A stretch of 64,000 nt of DNA, from NCBI RefSeq assembly GCF_009914755.1, contig NC_060926.1; one strand, given 5' to 3'. Every line of letters starts with the position of its first letter. Within the stretch, counting starts at the first letter, position 1. The stretch is from the human T2T-CHM13v2.0 reference genome, Homo sapiens. The notes beneath the pieces are model-generated. The model worked only from the letters and a program-made list of their open reading frames with translations. It was not told the origin of the DNA and ran no database searches. Shown here piece by piece: positions 1 through 14,795 of this stretch. A program made the position numbers and the translations under genes.

Positions 1-233
1 CTGAAAAAATCATAGAGCTGTTTGAAAGTGCTTATTCTCATCAGAATTGAATGATTGTTCTAAAGAGCCTTTACCTACCTAGTGAATAAAACATATTAAC
101 CAGTATTTTTGCATTTGATTTTTTAACATTGAATCTTTGATTCTTCTGAAGTTTACATTGGCATTACAGAAATAAGGCAAAAAGCTGGGTACTCATTTTT
201 CAATGTTATAAGACGGCAAAGGATTATCTAGAA

Positions 234-458
234 CAGTGGTCTGTAAACCCTTGTCTGCTAGTCAAATCTGATCTACTACCTATTTTTGTCAATAAAGTTT
301 TATTGCAACACAGCCATGCTCATTCTTTATATGTATTGTCTATGACTGCTTTTGTGTTATAATGGGCCAAGTTGAGTAGCTGCAATAGAGACTGTGTGAC
401 TTGCAAACCCTAAAATATTTACTCTCTGGGCATTTACAGAAAAAATTGCCAATTTCTG
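234..458. mobile_element. MER58A-like hAT-Charlie DNA transposon remnant
   Basis: CAG...CTG ends and the internal aataaagttttattgcaacacagccatgctcatt motif; near-identical 8-bp flanks atctagaa/atctaaga. Confidence 0.7.
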
Positions 459-1837
459 ATCTAAGAAATGTACTTAGTTCCTTCCTCTCACTGGTTAATA
501 CAGATAAAAGACTCCAGATTTAGTGAAATTACATGTTAACTTGTACCTTTCTCTGGTAGAGATACAAGTCATTCTCTCCAAAAGAAAAGATAATCTTGAA
601 GATTATAGTTTATGGCTTAGTTTTGTCTTTAACCAGTATTGTTTTTAACCTTGAAATTGTATCTTAACATTGCCCATAAACACCTAACTTTTCAAGTGCT
701 CTTTGGACTGGTTTTAACGTCATATTGGCTCCCTCATACATTAATGAGTTTAAAAAATCTTCAACTTGCATTTATTTTATATTTATATGAATCATAATTT
801 TGCCTTTTATAAAATTATATTTTTATAGGTATGAACTAGAAATCCAGCTTCTTACGGTTTTTTTCCAAATTGCCAGCCATTTGCTTCCAAAACATTCATA
901 GAATAATACATCATTCTCCCCATCTATCTAATTGTTATATATGTGGATTGAATACAAGATAACTAATTAGAGAATATAATTTGCATATTGATTATAGATT
1001 TAAAAGTTCACAGATACAGCTATACAAAAAAGTAACATATTCTTTTTCTATAACTCAACTAAATTTATCTGCTTAAGCCTCAAGTCTGCTTATTGGCAGA
1101 AGACAAAAGAGATTACTCCAGTTAAACTCAGCCACTTCAGGTTTTCTCAGTCATTTCAGATTTAGACTCATTTAATACTGAAATTTTCACCAAGGAGACA
1201 TGCACCTTTCTGGGTGCTTGGAGGAGACATGGCTGGCCTGCAGTCACCTGCTCACCCAGACTGGCCTCTGTTCTGAGATAAGAAGGCCTTGCTGGCCCTC
1301 AGCACAGTCATTCCTAACACTGGATATGCATAAATATCCACAGCCCCTCCAGGACTAGGTCACAACCCTGTCCCTTCCTCATCCTGACAGCCAGGCTTCT
1401 TCAGGCCCCAGCCCTCATCTGTTAATGTCTGCCAGGAAATGGGAAAAGTTGCATTTGCCTCTCATGCTCCTTTGGGACTCTAGAAAAGCTGTCAGGCTCT
1501 CACTGCCTCTTACTGCCTCTGACATTGTCACCTCTTTTTTCCTGCCATGATGCCTGGGGGAAGTTTCAACTCCCCCCACCTGCTCTCCAATGCCCACCAC
1601 CACCACTATACGGAGAATTGAGTCTGGGAGCAAGGTTAGGAAGACTGACAACCTCACATTTATTATTCTCCTCTCCACCTCTCCTCCCTTAGTCCAGGCA
1701 ATCCAAGAATGGGATAGTCTAGGGCTTCATCTATTCTCTTTTCATTCTACTGTTTTGTTCATAATTTTAGGTTCTGATTCATTCAAGCCTTTAGGAAAAA
1801 GTTTTGGTTTTCCAGAATAACCCTGCTATAAATTTTA

Positions 1838-1994
1838 TATTATTTATTTATTCATCTATTTATTGATTGATTGATTTTCGGAGGTGTTGTTTCACTATTT
1901 TGCCCAGGCTGTCCTTGAACTCCTGGGCTCAAGCAATCCTCCTGCCTCAGCCTCCTGAGTAGCTGGGACTGTAGGTGCATGCTACTGTGCAAAG
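1838..1994 (-). mobile_element. Alu monomer (FLAM-like) with 17-bp TSD
   Basis: Antisense monomer with a (TTTA/TTGA)n tail; TSD ccctgctataaatttta at 1821-1837 and 1995-2011. Confidence 0.85.
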
Positions 1995-3009
1995 CCCTGC
2001 TATAAATTTTAAAAGCCCGTTTTGGAACCTAAAAACCCATTTAGCTGTTCCTGTATTATGAGTAATTCCTCCCCTGAAGTAACATACCACATGCTTACTG
2101 TCAAGTTGGGGAGGGGTGTGGACAGGGGGACTTCCCTTAACCCCTTGATATCAATCTTTTTTTCCTGAAATTTTTGTTTTATGTTATGTAGATAACTATT
2201 GGTTATAACACATCTAAAAATGGAACTAGCACTTTGCATAAGGAAAAGCTCTTTGGTGTTTATCATAAATACCAGGGGCATCAGAGGTGATGAAGACTGT
2301 CTAAGAAGCATCCTGCTAGTGATATGTTCATTGATAATAATAAGGAAAGAAAGGTCATAAGTAATATGGAAAAGGTATAATTGTGGATTTGCTTGGTAAT
2401 ATTGAGATCTTATATGGATTCCCTTATTATTATAAAAATATACCTATTATTGAAATATTTCCAGTAAAAATAACTTTGTCAAGTTTGAAAATCTTCTAAT
2501 ACAGTAGATTAGAAGGGTGGTCATTCTTGCTAATCTTCTAACTTGGACTAGTTTTTATGGTGTGGTCTAACTCTTTGGCAGATGACCAAAAATGTACAGA
2601 TGATGGAAGTTGATATTGAATGTGGGGGCAGAGATAAACAGTTTCCTGTTTATCCTGGCTTCTTCTCCTGAATGTGGTGGGACTGTTTCTAGTCTCCTTT
2701 CTATAATTTCTACTGTACAACTTGGGTGGTGCACAGAACTGTGACACCTACAAGCCTAAAGGTTTGAGAAGCCTTTGGTGAGAAGTGTATTAAAGGAATG
2801 CCTAGTGTTGGTAAGTTTTCTGCTGGGGATGCCACATAAATAGATACCTTTACCCCAAACTTCTCCCACCACCTCCACAGGCAGCAGACTTGCCAAAAAG
2901 TCTTCACTGCTTCTGGAATAATACTGAGCAGATTAATATTTTTTTTCACCTGGTTCACTTTTAACCTTTAGAGTTCATCCGTATGGTGTTACAGGAGCTC
3001 ATTCTCACT

Positions 3010-3630
3010 ATAAACTAAAAATAAAATCCTACTCTAACTGAACAGACCCCCTCTTGGCCAAGGGGACCCAAGAAAAACCTTAAAAACTGAATTCCTGGCC
3101 ATAAATGGAAGGAAAGTCGAATAGCCTCCTCATTATTCACCCTCCGTTTTGGAGTTCATACACAGCTGAGCAGCATTAATGTTCAAATAGAGATCATAAG
3201 ACTCACGAAACAGACTCTTTGTGGCAATAATATACCAAATTATAAACAAGACCTAACACCATGTAAGGCAAGGGTTAAGTCATTCCTGCAGGCCACCAAT
3301 CTTGCTACATAGCATCCTTATCTTAATTTAAAACATTCCTTTCTGCTGACTCTAAGTTCTAGATAGAGCCTTACTCCTTTAATCAACTGCAAATTAAACA
3401 ATCTCCAAACCTACCTGTAACCTGTAAGTCCCTGCTTCAAGATATCCTGCCCTTCGGACCAAACCAATATACACCTTCCATGTATTGATTTATGTCTTTG
3501 CCTGTAACTCCTGCCTCCCTAAAATGTATAAAACCAAACTGTGATCCAACTACCTTGGGACCACTTATTCAAGGCTTCTTCTGTTTGTATTTTCCCTGGG
3601 CCACTGTCACTCATATTGGCTCAGAATAAG
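3010..3630 (+). mobile_element. ERV1 MER4-family LTR with 3' end interrupted
   Basis: taaactaaaaataaaatcct...cccctcttggccaaggggacccaagaaaaaccttaaaaactgaattcctggcc start and ...ttggctcagaataa end resemble MER4-type LTRs. Confidence 0.7.
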
Positions 3631-3633
3631 CCT

Positions 3634-3692
3634 GTTTACCTATATAACAAACTTGCACATGTATACCTGAACTTAAAATTAAAAAAAAAAAG
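3634..3692 (+). mobile_element. Short L1 3'-end fragment
   Basis: tttacctatataacaaacttgcacatgtatacctgaacttaaaat followed by poly(A). Confidence 0.8.
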
Positions 3693-3829
3693 GAGTGAGT
3701 TTCATATTTCAAGAGATGCTTTTTTGGAGGTGCTCTGAGGGACTTGATGACAGAGAAAACTTTCAATAATAAGTCTACAAAATACACAAGGTAACAGAAA
3801 CAATTATCCATTTAAAAAATGCTATTCTG

Positions 3830-4127
<298 letters not shown>

Positions 4128-4134
4128 CTATTCT

Positions 4135-4520
4135 GCCTTTAAAAAGAATAACATTTTGTAATTTCAAACAACATGAATTAGCTTGAAGGATGTTAAGTGA
4201 AATAAGCCAGGTACAGAAAGACAAATACTGGATGATCTCACTTATTTCTAGAATTTAAAAAGTTGAACTCATAGAAGAAAAAAGTAGAATGGTAGTTGCC
4301 AGAGGCTAAAAGTAAAAGTGAGTAGACAGTTGTTGGTCACAGTGTACAAGTTTCGTTAGATAGAAGGACTATGTTTTTGATTATACATATACATTACAAA
4401 TTATACATTAATAATTATCCCACAATATATACATGTATCAAAACATCACACTGTATACCAGAAATACATAAAATTATTATTTATCAATTAAAATTTAGAA
4501 AATTAGAATTTAAAAAATCA
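4135..4520 (+). mobile_element. Old L1M 3'UTR fragment
   Basis: gttaagtgaaataagccaggtacagaaagacaaatact...aaaagtagaatggtagttgccagaggct motifs. Confidence 0.7.
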
Positions 4521-6616
4521 AAAAGCCAAAACAAAACAAAAATAAAATATTTTATGGAGTTTGGTTTTTCCATCAATATCACTTTGGAGGGGGATGGGTA
4601 AGAAAAGAGAAGAAATGATGAGGAGTGGTTCAGAATTTTCTGCCCCAACATTAGTCTTAGAATGTTCAGCAGTGATAGCAAAGAGGCCTTTTGAACTTTC
4701 AGTAGAATACCAGCCAGCGCTGTTATCGTTTGTACCATCTACTCTATCTAGATGGTGTATTTTGATCACTCCTCTTCCTACTTTATACCATGAAGATACT
4801 GCTGTTTCTACTGCTCCCTCCAGCTCTGCCCCAACATTCTATATCAACTTCCATCATCTATATTTTTTTGGTCATTTGCCAAAGAGTTAGACCACACCAT
4901 AAAAATTAGTCGAAGTTAGAAGATTAGCAAGAATGACCACGCTTAACTGGTTTAAGTTGTTTTTATATCTGTTTACAAGTGAGCTAGCAAACAGTGAGTT
5001 TGCCTGTGTCCAGATTCCAGCCTGCATACCCCAGACCCTCACCCCCAGCCACTTGCTCCCACAGGGACCTTGGGGTGGTTCAGGTTATCCTGGCAGCCAA
5101 AGCCCCAACAGTTGCCCCTTCCTGCCTTTGTTTAATGGGGGCTTCTCTGTGGCCCTGAAATCTGCCAGGTATTAATGAGCACCCCTACCACTTCCCGTTC
5201 CTTTAAGGGGCTTTAGAGTCAGGCAGTGGAGGTGACTGGCAAGTCACACAACCTTCTGAGCCTTATTTCCTCATCTATAAAATTATTATAGGATGATAGT
5301 AACACCTACCTTATAAGATAAGGATTAAAAGAATGCAAATGTTTCACAACGTTTCTGGAAACACTCCATAAGTATGGCCTATTGGAGTGTGTGTGTGTGT
5401 GCATGTTCTCCCAAGGTTCAGCTGAGATTTATACAATCACAGGATACTTTCCAGGCTATTGTTTGTGTAAACCGCACTGACTGAAACAGAAATAACCCCA
5501 ATCTCTGCTAAAATCTGGGGAAACACTCCTAAACATTTTAGACATATACAGATTTTAAAAGATACTCAATATTGTAAGTCTTACAATACTTATTAAATGT
5601 CCAAAATTTACCCTAAGGTTCCTATTCTTTGAGGAAAACAAACCCAAAGGCAAAGGGAATAATCTTTTCTAAGTAAAGTGTGGCAAAATAACATTCTGTC
5701 AGGTATTAAAGCAAATAATTGCTACACAATTCCCGATCTTTGAAGCAAGTTCTCAGCAAAAATATTAAATTGCTGCCAAGGGTTTAGACATTTAACTTTC
5801 AAGAATTTAGATTGATGATGATTATTATTTCAATATTGTTGCTTATCTACCCAGCAGATTTCCCCCTGAAAGCCAAAGGGCTTAACAAAACCAGAAAGCT
5901 GGCCACAAATTGCCACGGTGAGGCAGCCCTAAGGCTCTGAACGAGATGTTTCCCTATGGAGCAGCAGGAACCCCTGCAGGGAAGTGAACAGCAGCCCCCT
6001 TCACCTGGTAAGGCTACTTTGTGCCAGAATTCGCAGGTTAACAGCAGCTGTGAAAGAACCTGGAAGCCTCCACAGGACAAATCTGCTGCAGGGAAGGGCC
6101 CAGCTTCGGTTGGCCATTCCATTCTGCTCGAGTCCAGTTTGTCTGGGCTCCAAGAGCTAAGGGTACTGAATCTCCACTCATTTGTTTGCTTCCTCCTTGC
6201 CTTAAGAAGACCATGGAGCATTCTCTGGACTGAAATCCACCCCCCGAAATGCTGAGGGCCTTACCCTTCATAGGTAAATAAAATGTGAGACAGACACTTG
6301 AGTTTATCTTCTAATGGAGCTGTGTGAGGTTGGGCAAATCACTGAACCCCTTAGTTCCTTCATCTGCAATTACAAAGGCCTGGGTTAGATCTCTAAAGTC
6401 CCTGTTAGCTTAAAAGTCTATGTTTCTAAGTTGACTGCAAAAAGAGAATGAAATACACATAAAGAAAATAAAAAACTTGTTTGATGAAAAGTTGCCCCAT
6501 GGTTGAAGAGTCACGAAGAGTGAATCAAGTCACAATTTCACAAGTTTAATTATAAATAAACTCAACTTTATTCCATTCACACAGTCTTCAACTTTAAAAG
6601 ATAAAAGATAACTTAC

Positions 6617-6757
6617 TGGTGATTCGATGTCCTCTAGGAGTAAAACAGAACAGCGCTCACATTTCAGCAGAGTTTGGGCCCGATGCATTATTTTCTTGAC
6701 AATTTTCTCCAGGTCAGTCTGTTCTTCAAAGAGGTCATTAACCACCTCTAGCAAAGC
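6617..6757 (-). CDS. PDE11A: PDE11A internal coding exon (141 bp, phase 0/0): ALLEVVNDLFEEQTDLEKIVKKIMHRAQTLLKCERCSVLLLEDIESP, GAF linker and start of GAF-B
   Basis: On the - strand the acceptor is cttttctag|GCT (AG at 6759-6758) and the donor is CCA|gtaagt (6616-6611). The translation is recognised as PDE11A GAF sequence and lies within ORF 6530..6754. Confidence 0.96.
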
Positions 6758-7077
6758 CTAGAAAAGATGAAATAGATGTATATAAGTGGATGTAAAACTG
6801 AAAAAAAGTTGCTTTTCTTCTTAAAATTTAATCTTTGCTTCAATAAAATATAGTAAATCTTTTTGTGTAGCTAATTTTAAAAAATTTTATGATTGTTTTG
6901 ACATATTTTTATCTCTCAATTTTAGAACACATGCTTAAACTGCAAAATACAACTTGAGAATAGAGCTAGTTCTTGTAACAGGTGTGAAGATAAGTAATTC
7001 AAAACCTAAGCTATTGGAACTCTAGATTATTTTGAGTCTTAAAGGATGCTGATTATAGGGGTCACTTGAGAGGCAGG

Positions 7078-7596
7078 TGTAACCAAGGCAGCTATAACCC
7101 TTGTTTCTCTTGACTATAGATTAGCCTTCTTCCTTACCAAAATTGTTTGGTAAAATGTTGAAAATTACTAATGAGCACCAGAGAATACCCCTTCCCTCTT
7201 CACTGTTGATCTTCATTACAGATTAACTTCCCTCTTACTCTTCTCACACAAGGACTCCATAGCCATAACATTGCCTTAAGATGGAATGTTAAATATACTC
7301 TTTTAAATTGGAAAGAAAATGAAAACCAGCTATGAAGAAAACAAGCTGTATAGAAAAGAAAACAAACTGTAACTAATTATATTGCTATAACTCATACACC
7401 GGCCTTGTATAGAAAATGCTGAAACCCTATTAAATTTCTTTACTTTGTGCCTGTAGAAGCAGGAGCTTAACTTTTAACTTTGGAACATTTACCCCATTTC
7501 TCTGGAGTCTGTATCTCCCGAATTGGCCATTCCCAGCTTTTCACTTGAATAAACTCTTTAAAACTAGATTCTGATTATTAATATTTCAGTTTGACA
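7078..7596 (+). mobile_element. ERV1 (MER4-group) solo LTR
   Basis: TGT...GACA termini, AATAAA near the 3' end, 4-bp TSD CAGG (7074-7077 and 7597-7600). Confidence 0.8.
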
Positions 7597-7684
7597 CAGG
7601 GATCATATAACCATTAGCTACAGGCATTTCCACTTTTCTGTAGTGATTTTTCTGCAATGCAACTAGGTACAAACCCAATATTTT

Positions 7685-8013
<329 letters not shown>

Positions 8014-8196
8014 ATTTTATAAATAATGAATACCTCCAAAGCACATGGATTTCAGAAACTTACAAAGCAGCTTTTCCTCACTATCAGGAAGAAACAGGTT
8101 CTTGGTCAAACTTGAGACATTTTCACTAATACACATCCCTTACATAACTCTGAAAGAATTAGAGAGGTGAATGCTAATTAAGTTTCAGATTCTTAA

Positions 8197-8360
8197 ATAT
8201 ATATATATATATATGTAATTTACATTTAGTCTTTGCTAAATATAAATACATAAATTACATATATAATATAAATATATATAATATATACATACCCTTCATA
8301 TATATAAAATATATATACCCTCCATATACAAAAATATACATATATACACACATACATATG
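8197..8360. repeat. (TA)n / AT-rich low-complexity tract
   Basis: Degenerate TATATA runs visible directly. Confidence 0.8.
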
Positions 8361-9013
8361 TACCCTCCTTAATTCCTCTACCCAAGAGGAAATACTGCTT
8401 TATCCCAAACTGTCCAGAAGAACATTTAGATATTTATATATCAGGAAAGAAAACACATTAATTTTTTTTTAAAACAGCAGAATGAAAAGCAGACAACTTA
8501 GAAAAAAATCTTAAGCTCTAACTTGAAAACTGTGTACTTATTTAAAAATTAAATTGTAGTAACCCGTGGTTTTCTCTAGCTAAGAAATTAGCTGCAATTT
8601 TTTTGCATTGAAATAATGTTTGTTTGCTCAGGTCAGGTATGGATTTGTGAAAAATAAAAAATAAATAATAAATAATATTTGTTTGGAATTTTTAATGGCA
8701 TGGATGTTTCCAGAGATTTAAGATTAGTAGGTTATGTACAGGTGGTAGACATTATGCTTCTCTCAGAGAGCAATCAGAAAATTACATAGTCAGTGAATTG
8801 CCCAGAGGGCACTTGATTCAACAGAATGTAGAAAGAGGTGCAATCTCAAGTCTGACCTCTCACAAAAGGAATTCATGAATTGTCAAATTCACATCTATTC
8901 ATCATGGTGCTGATCATCATCTCAGGGACATGACTAATTTTCAACTTCAATAATGAATTTGATTTGTCCTGAAATTATTTGAAATGTGACAATTTCTTCT
9001 CTGAATCTATTCA

Positions 9014-9347
<334 letters not shown>

Positions 9348-9431
9348 CATGTGAATGAGTTAAGAAATCCATGAAATGAGTCCAGTTCAATGAGCAATTG
9401 AAAGAGGACCAAATATCCTGGGTAGGGTTAT

Positions 9432-10091
9432 TGAAACCACCATTGCAAAATTATAACTGGGCTGACCTAACCAGCTCCATCTTGCTTCTAATCTCCAAAC
9501 TGTCCTTGTTCATTTCTGGGCATAGGCTGAACTAACTTTGGGAGGAACACAGTTTATAGTTTATTGTTTAAAACAAAGATGACAATAGCCCTTTCCCAAA
9601 CAAACCTCCTTCTTCCCTGGGGACTAGAATGCCTTCGAAGGACTAACAAATTAGCCACAAGATCAGAAATTATGGCTTAGGAGTCATACAGCTGACTCTT
9701 CCTAAACTGCTTCTCAGATCAGTGCTTGAGATATTTTGCAGACCCCGTACCTGATGGATCAGCTGGCACCACCCAGATCGATAAATTGGCTCATCTGATC
9801 TTGTGACCCCCCCCATCCATGAGCTAACTCAGGGCAAGAGGACAGTTTCAATTCCCTATGATTTCATCTCCAACCCAACCAATCAGCATTCCCTACTCAC
9901 TGGCCTTCCCCCACCCACCAAATTATCCTTAAAAACTCTGATCCAGGGAGACTGATTTGAGTAATAATAAAACTCCGGTGTCTGGCACAGCTGACCCTGT
10001 GTGAATTACTCTTTCTCTTTTGCAATTCCCCTGTCTTGAGAAATCAGCTTTGTCTAGGCAGCAGGCAAAGTGAACCCACTGGGTGGTTACA
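9432..10091 (+). mobile_element. LTR8 solo LTR (ERV1)
   Basis: Starts tgaaaccaccattgcaaaattataact and ends tgaacccactgggtggttaca; 4-bp TSD TTAT (9428-9431 and 10092-10095). Confidence 0.88.
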
Positions 10092-10621
10092 TTATCTCTA
10101 AAGAAAGACTGAACAGAGCTAAGGACCATATTGCTCCATGATCCCAAAGCAAACAGGAACATCAAAAGGTGAAAAAACTTTTAAGTGAATCTTGATATTT
10201 GGCATTTGGACAGCAAATCTCTGTAAGGGGTCAATGAACAATAATTTCATGTTTAGACATTAAAAATGAGACAATTGTCTCAGTAATTACAAGCAAAAAG
10301 CCCTGTTATTAATGGGGAAAACATTATTTCTTTAATCATCTAGACTATTTCTTCAGATGGATCATATTAACTGAACAATTATTTAACTTTTCAATTTGTT
10401 GTGATTGCATGGAGAGAGCCTCTGGGATCCATATACAAGAATATTTATCTCAGAGGAAAAATTAATTGTGCCTTGAGTCTTGCACTGACAAATCACATTA
10501 CAGTAATTTTATTGTTTCTAATTTAAAATTGCTTTATTAATGAGTGATGGAAGTTTTACAAATAACAATGCAGACTAGCTCCAGGATAGGAGAAAAAGAG
10601 AAGAAAATCTAGGATAATATC

Positions 10622-11010
10622 TGTTAGGCCTCTGAGCCCAAGCTAAGCCATGATATCCCCTGTGACTTGCAAGTATACATCCAGATGGTCTGAAGCAACT
10701 GAAGATCCACAAAAGAAGTGAAAATAGCCTTAACTGATGACATTCCACCATTGTGATTTGTTCCTGCCCCACCCTAACTGATACGATATATTCTCCCCCG
10801 CCCTTAAGAAGGTACTTTGTAATATTCTCCCCCGCCCTTAAGAATGTACTTTGTATGCCTATCCCAAACCTATAAGAAACAATGATAATCCCACCACCCT
10901 TTGCTGACTCCTTTTTCAGACTCAGCCTGCCTGCACCCAGGTGAAATAAACAGCCTTGTTGCTCACACAAAGCCTGTTGGTAGACTCTCTTCACACGGAT
11001 GTGTGTGACA
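10622..11010 (+). mobile_element. HERV-H solo LTR (LTR7 family)
   Basis: tgttaggcctctgagcccaagctaagcc start, AATAAA, and ...ctcttcacacggatgtgtgtgaca end; 5-bp TSD ATATC (10617-10621 and 11011-11015); internal ~34-bp U3 tandem repeat at ~10788-10855. Confidence 0.93.
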
Positions 11011-11139
11011 ATATCCAATTCAACAGATAATGGAAGTATTTTACACAGTTGAATAGGCCCTGCTTCTTGATGTCACTTGCCTTCCAGGAAATGAGTATCT
11101 GCATTTTGTCCCTCCTTCTAGTGACCTTCTTTTGCTCCT

Positions 11140-12092
11140 GGATGTGTCCTTGGAGCTTTCCATTCTCTTATCTACATATTCTTCCCTAAATTAACCCAGC
11201 TAGATTCCTGGCTTTAAATAGCCTTTATATGCTGCTGGTTCCCAAATCTTAATCTCCAGTCCTGACATCTTCCCAGAGCTTTAGACTCCTGTATCCAACT
11301 GTTTACTTGCCAGCTGTGCCAGCCAAGAGTCTCTTTCACTCATTTCCCATATCAGCAAGCCCCCACAGATTTCACCACTGATTTTGGAGGAAATCTGTCA
11401 CTTCTCACTGCCCTAGTCCCAGCCATATTATTTTTTGACTTCAATACAGTTCTTTCCTAAGTCCTCTCACTGCTCCAGCCTTCTCCCTCCCTCCCCAGCC
11501 AGTTTATTATCTCCAGGGAGGCCAGAGTGAACTCTATTAAAAGTAAGTCAGACTCAGCTCAAAATCATCTAATGGCTTTCCATTGCACTCAGAATGAAAG
11601 CCAAAGCCCTTGCCATGCCCACAGGCTTTTCTACCATCTGGCCTGCCTCCACGTCCTCATTTTATTTTTTTTCCCTTTCACTCTTCCCCTTTCTCTCTGC
11701 TCTCTAAACACACTGACCAAGCTTTCTCCTGCCCCAGGTCCTTTGTGTTTGGTATTCCATGGCCAGAAATGCTCTCCGCAGACCTTTACGTGGCTTTGCT
11801 CCTTCTTTTCATTCAAGTTTCTGCTTATAGATCATGTCCTTATACAGACCTTTTTGATAACCCTCTAAAATAAACATCCTCCCAACTCAGCCTTCCTCAA
11901 CCCTTTATCCCTTTATCTCACTTTATTTTTCCTTGCAGTATTTATTGCTACCTATACTATGCAATTTAAAAAAATTGTTTTCTTATCTAATATGTATTGT
12001 TCTCATGAATAGTAAGCTCCGTAAGGGTAGGGATTTGGATAGACAGCATGTGAAGGGAACTACATAATCAATACTTGTTGAATGAATAAATT
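11140..12092 (+). mobile_element. L2 LINE 3' fragment
   Basis: Pyrimidine-rich L2 motifs ending in aatacttgttgaatgaataaat. Confidence 0.7.
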
Positions 12093-12907
12093 AATTGTGC
12101 CATACACAAGAATGCAAAGATTAATCATATATGAAGCTTCACTTAAGGAGTTCAAAATGTAGTTGGAGAGGCGGGCCCTCCTCAAATATCATAATACAGT
12201 GTGATAAGTATTCATAATAGAATAGTGGCAGTAGATACAAGGCAAAACCATAAGTGAAGAAGGGAAGATTAATCAGAAAGCTGAGCTGGGTCCTGAAGAA
12301 TGTGTGAGGCACATGATGTGGTTGGAAGGAGTCGGATTGACATGAGGCATTGAAGGCCGAGGGAGGAATACGGCTAAAGGTATGATCAAATGAAACAGAT
12401 TGTTTGCTGGAAATTGGGGACTATATTGCTGGAGTTCCAGATGAAAGCAGGAGCACGGTAAGACATGGGGCTAAAGATGAAAAGAAGATCAAAACAGAGA
12501 AAAGATGTGGTATGTCATGCTAAAGACCATGGCTATATTAGTCAACTATGTTCATCTGTTTACTGATAAAAATATCCATAAATCATAATAATTAGCAAAT
12601 GAAATTTTAATCAACTTGATGGCCAGATTAATTAGGGTTTCAAACCTTTTTGAACATCGTTTTGTTAAATATATTTCTAAGTTGTTACAGTAATCTTCCT
12701 ATATTTAAAATTAGAATGAGTATAATATAATTTAATCTCTATTTGATAATGTAGCATTTTTTGAGTACTAGACTTTGCCTTTTTTGCAACTTAGATCTAT
12801 AGCTCCTGAAGGTATAAAAGAGCTCTCTAAGTGTTTCTTTATAATACTATAAAACAGTCTTTGCATTATTGTTCCAAGTATCTAGTGAAGGGCACTTTCA
12901 GAAACCC

Positions 12908-12958
12908 TTTCAATCCAAAAATGGTTTCAATCCAAAAATTGTTTCAATTCAAAAATAA
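12908..12958. repeat. 17-bp tandem repeat x3 (tttcaatccaaaaatgg)
   Basis: Copies start at 12908, 12925 and 12942. Confidence 0.85.
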
Positions 12959-13093
12959 AATCTGGGAAGTGGGGGTAAGATCATGTTTGTAACATAACTT
13001 GCTTCTTAAAGGAACTTAGTTGTAAAAGCATCACCAAATTGTGTTATTGCTTCAAAGCCATAAGTAAGCAAGGATATATCTGCTGCCTTATAG

Positions 13094-13412
<319 letters not shown>

Positions 13413-13656
13413 AATTTCATTTTTAAAAGAAGCTTGTACCCCTTCCCCCAAATAACAACAGATAATGTGTATCCACTTCCATTTGGGCTTATTGCTTAAA
13501 GTGTATCTTCAACCACAGCCTTGCAGAATTATACAAATAAAAAAGATTCCTGTACTATTCAAAGATCATTCATTGGCTGTTTTTAAAAGACATAATGACT
13601 TACAGAAACCAGAAAGAGAGTTTTGAGGAGTGTCAACAATGTTTTTATTTACTCAC

Positions 13657-13746
13657 TCTGCTTCTTTCATATTCTTTCCTTGAGGCAGCAAAGAGCTGAG
13701 CGTTAGATATGGCGATTCCACAAAATGGAAGATACATCTGCATAAC
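13657..13746 (-). CDS. PDE11A: PDE11A internal coding exon (90 bp, phase 0/0): VMQMYLPFCGIAISNAQLFAASRKEYERSR, end of GAF-A
   Basis: On the - strand the acceptor is tctctttgtcctag|GTT and the donor is AGA|gtgagt (13656-13651). It splices in frame to the 141-bp exon (...ERSR|ALLEVV...). It is too short for the ORF track and was read manually. Confidence 0.95.
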
Positions 13747-14699
13747 CTAGGACAAAGAGAGTAGTAAGAACATTAAAACATAAGAACATTGATACATCCC
13801 TTGTAGACTAAATTGCACACTTCCTCTATATGCCTGATTGTAATACTTTATTTGCATCTATAGAGATTGAATACAGAGAGTTGTTGATACTAGTATTTTA
13901 ACTTCATTATGAATATTTTTCAAAGTTAACTAAAATATGTTGTAAATCAAGCTTTAACTAGAGAATTCACATCTATGAAGACATAAAGTGAAGCAACAGA
14001 TTATGAGGGCTGTGACATAGGAACTGTGTCTAAAGCAGCTTGTATTATTTCTTGGATAAAAGAAGGATAAATAAGTAAATGAACTGTGATATACCTGGAA
14101 TTTAAGGCATGTGCCCATACTCACATTTGGAGGTAGGCAGGATATAAGTCAATTCTTTCGTTGGCATATGGCATATACCATATGTATATGGCATACAATT
14201 CACATCTGTAGCAGGGATTTCAGCTTGATTCTAGACTTATCTGCTACCAGTTTTAAACATGCCTGTCAGGATGGGCCCAGTGGGAACTAGGGGTCAGCAG
14301 GCCTGGCAGCCTTCTGCGACAGAGTTCTAATTGTGTCTGCCACTGTGTAGACATAACTGGACACAAATCATACTGGTGGGATGCTTCTGCAGAAGCCTGA
14401 TGAGGAAAGGCTGGGAGCCTGTAATGGAGAAGTCCTCCTATGGGCAGAAACACCCAGCCGTGATGGGCCTACCCCTAACAAAGACTTTCTCATCATGGAG
14501 GTTTAGGCATAGGGATTTTTACTACTGCCTTGCACTCTCAAGAAATTCATCTCCAGAATCTCTGATTCCAGAGAGATAGAATGCTCCAAGTAAAAACTGA
14601 AAGAACTATTTCCCTAAATTCTTCGCAATGTAGATGAAACAAGTGACATACTTGGGACTTCTCTAAAGCAAGAGGGAAAAAAGCATGTTTATATCATAG

Positions 14700-14754
14700 A
14701 CTCTATGTCTCTCTGTCTCTCTCTCACACACACACACACGCACGCACGCACACA
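14700..14754. repeat. Compound (CT)n(CA)n(CGCA)n microsatellite
   Basis: Seen directly in the sequence. Confidence 0.9.
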
Positions 14755-14795
14755 ATGGTGCCCTAGGAAGAGGTACCAAGCGCTGGCAAAATAGA

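Noticed and set aside
5847-6271. Overlapping 77-124 aa ORFs in a GC-richer patch
   Set aside because: No recognisable protein similarity or convincing splice framing; consistent with chance ORFs.
6530-6616. C-terminal tail of ORF 6530..6754 (VSYLLSFK...)
   Set aside because: It is intron read-through beyond the gtaagt donor at 6616.
10575-11018. 147-aa - strand ORF
   Set aside because: It is the antisense translation of the LTR7 solo LTR.
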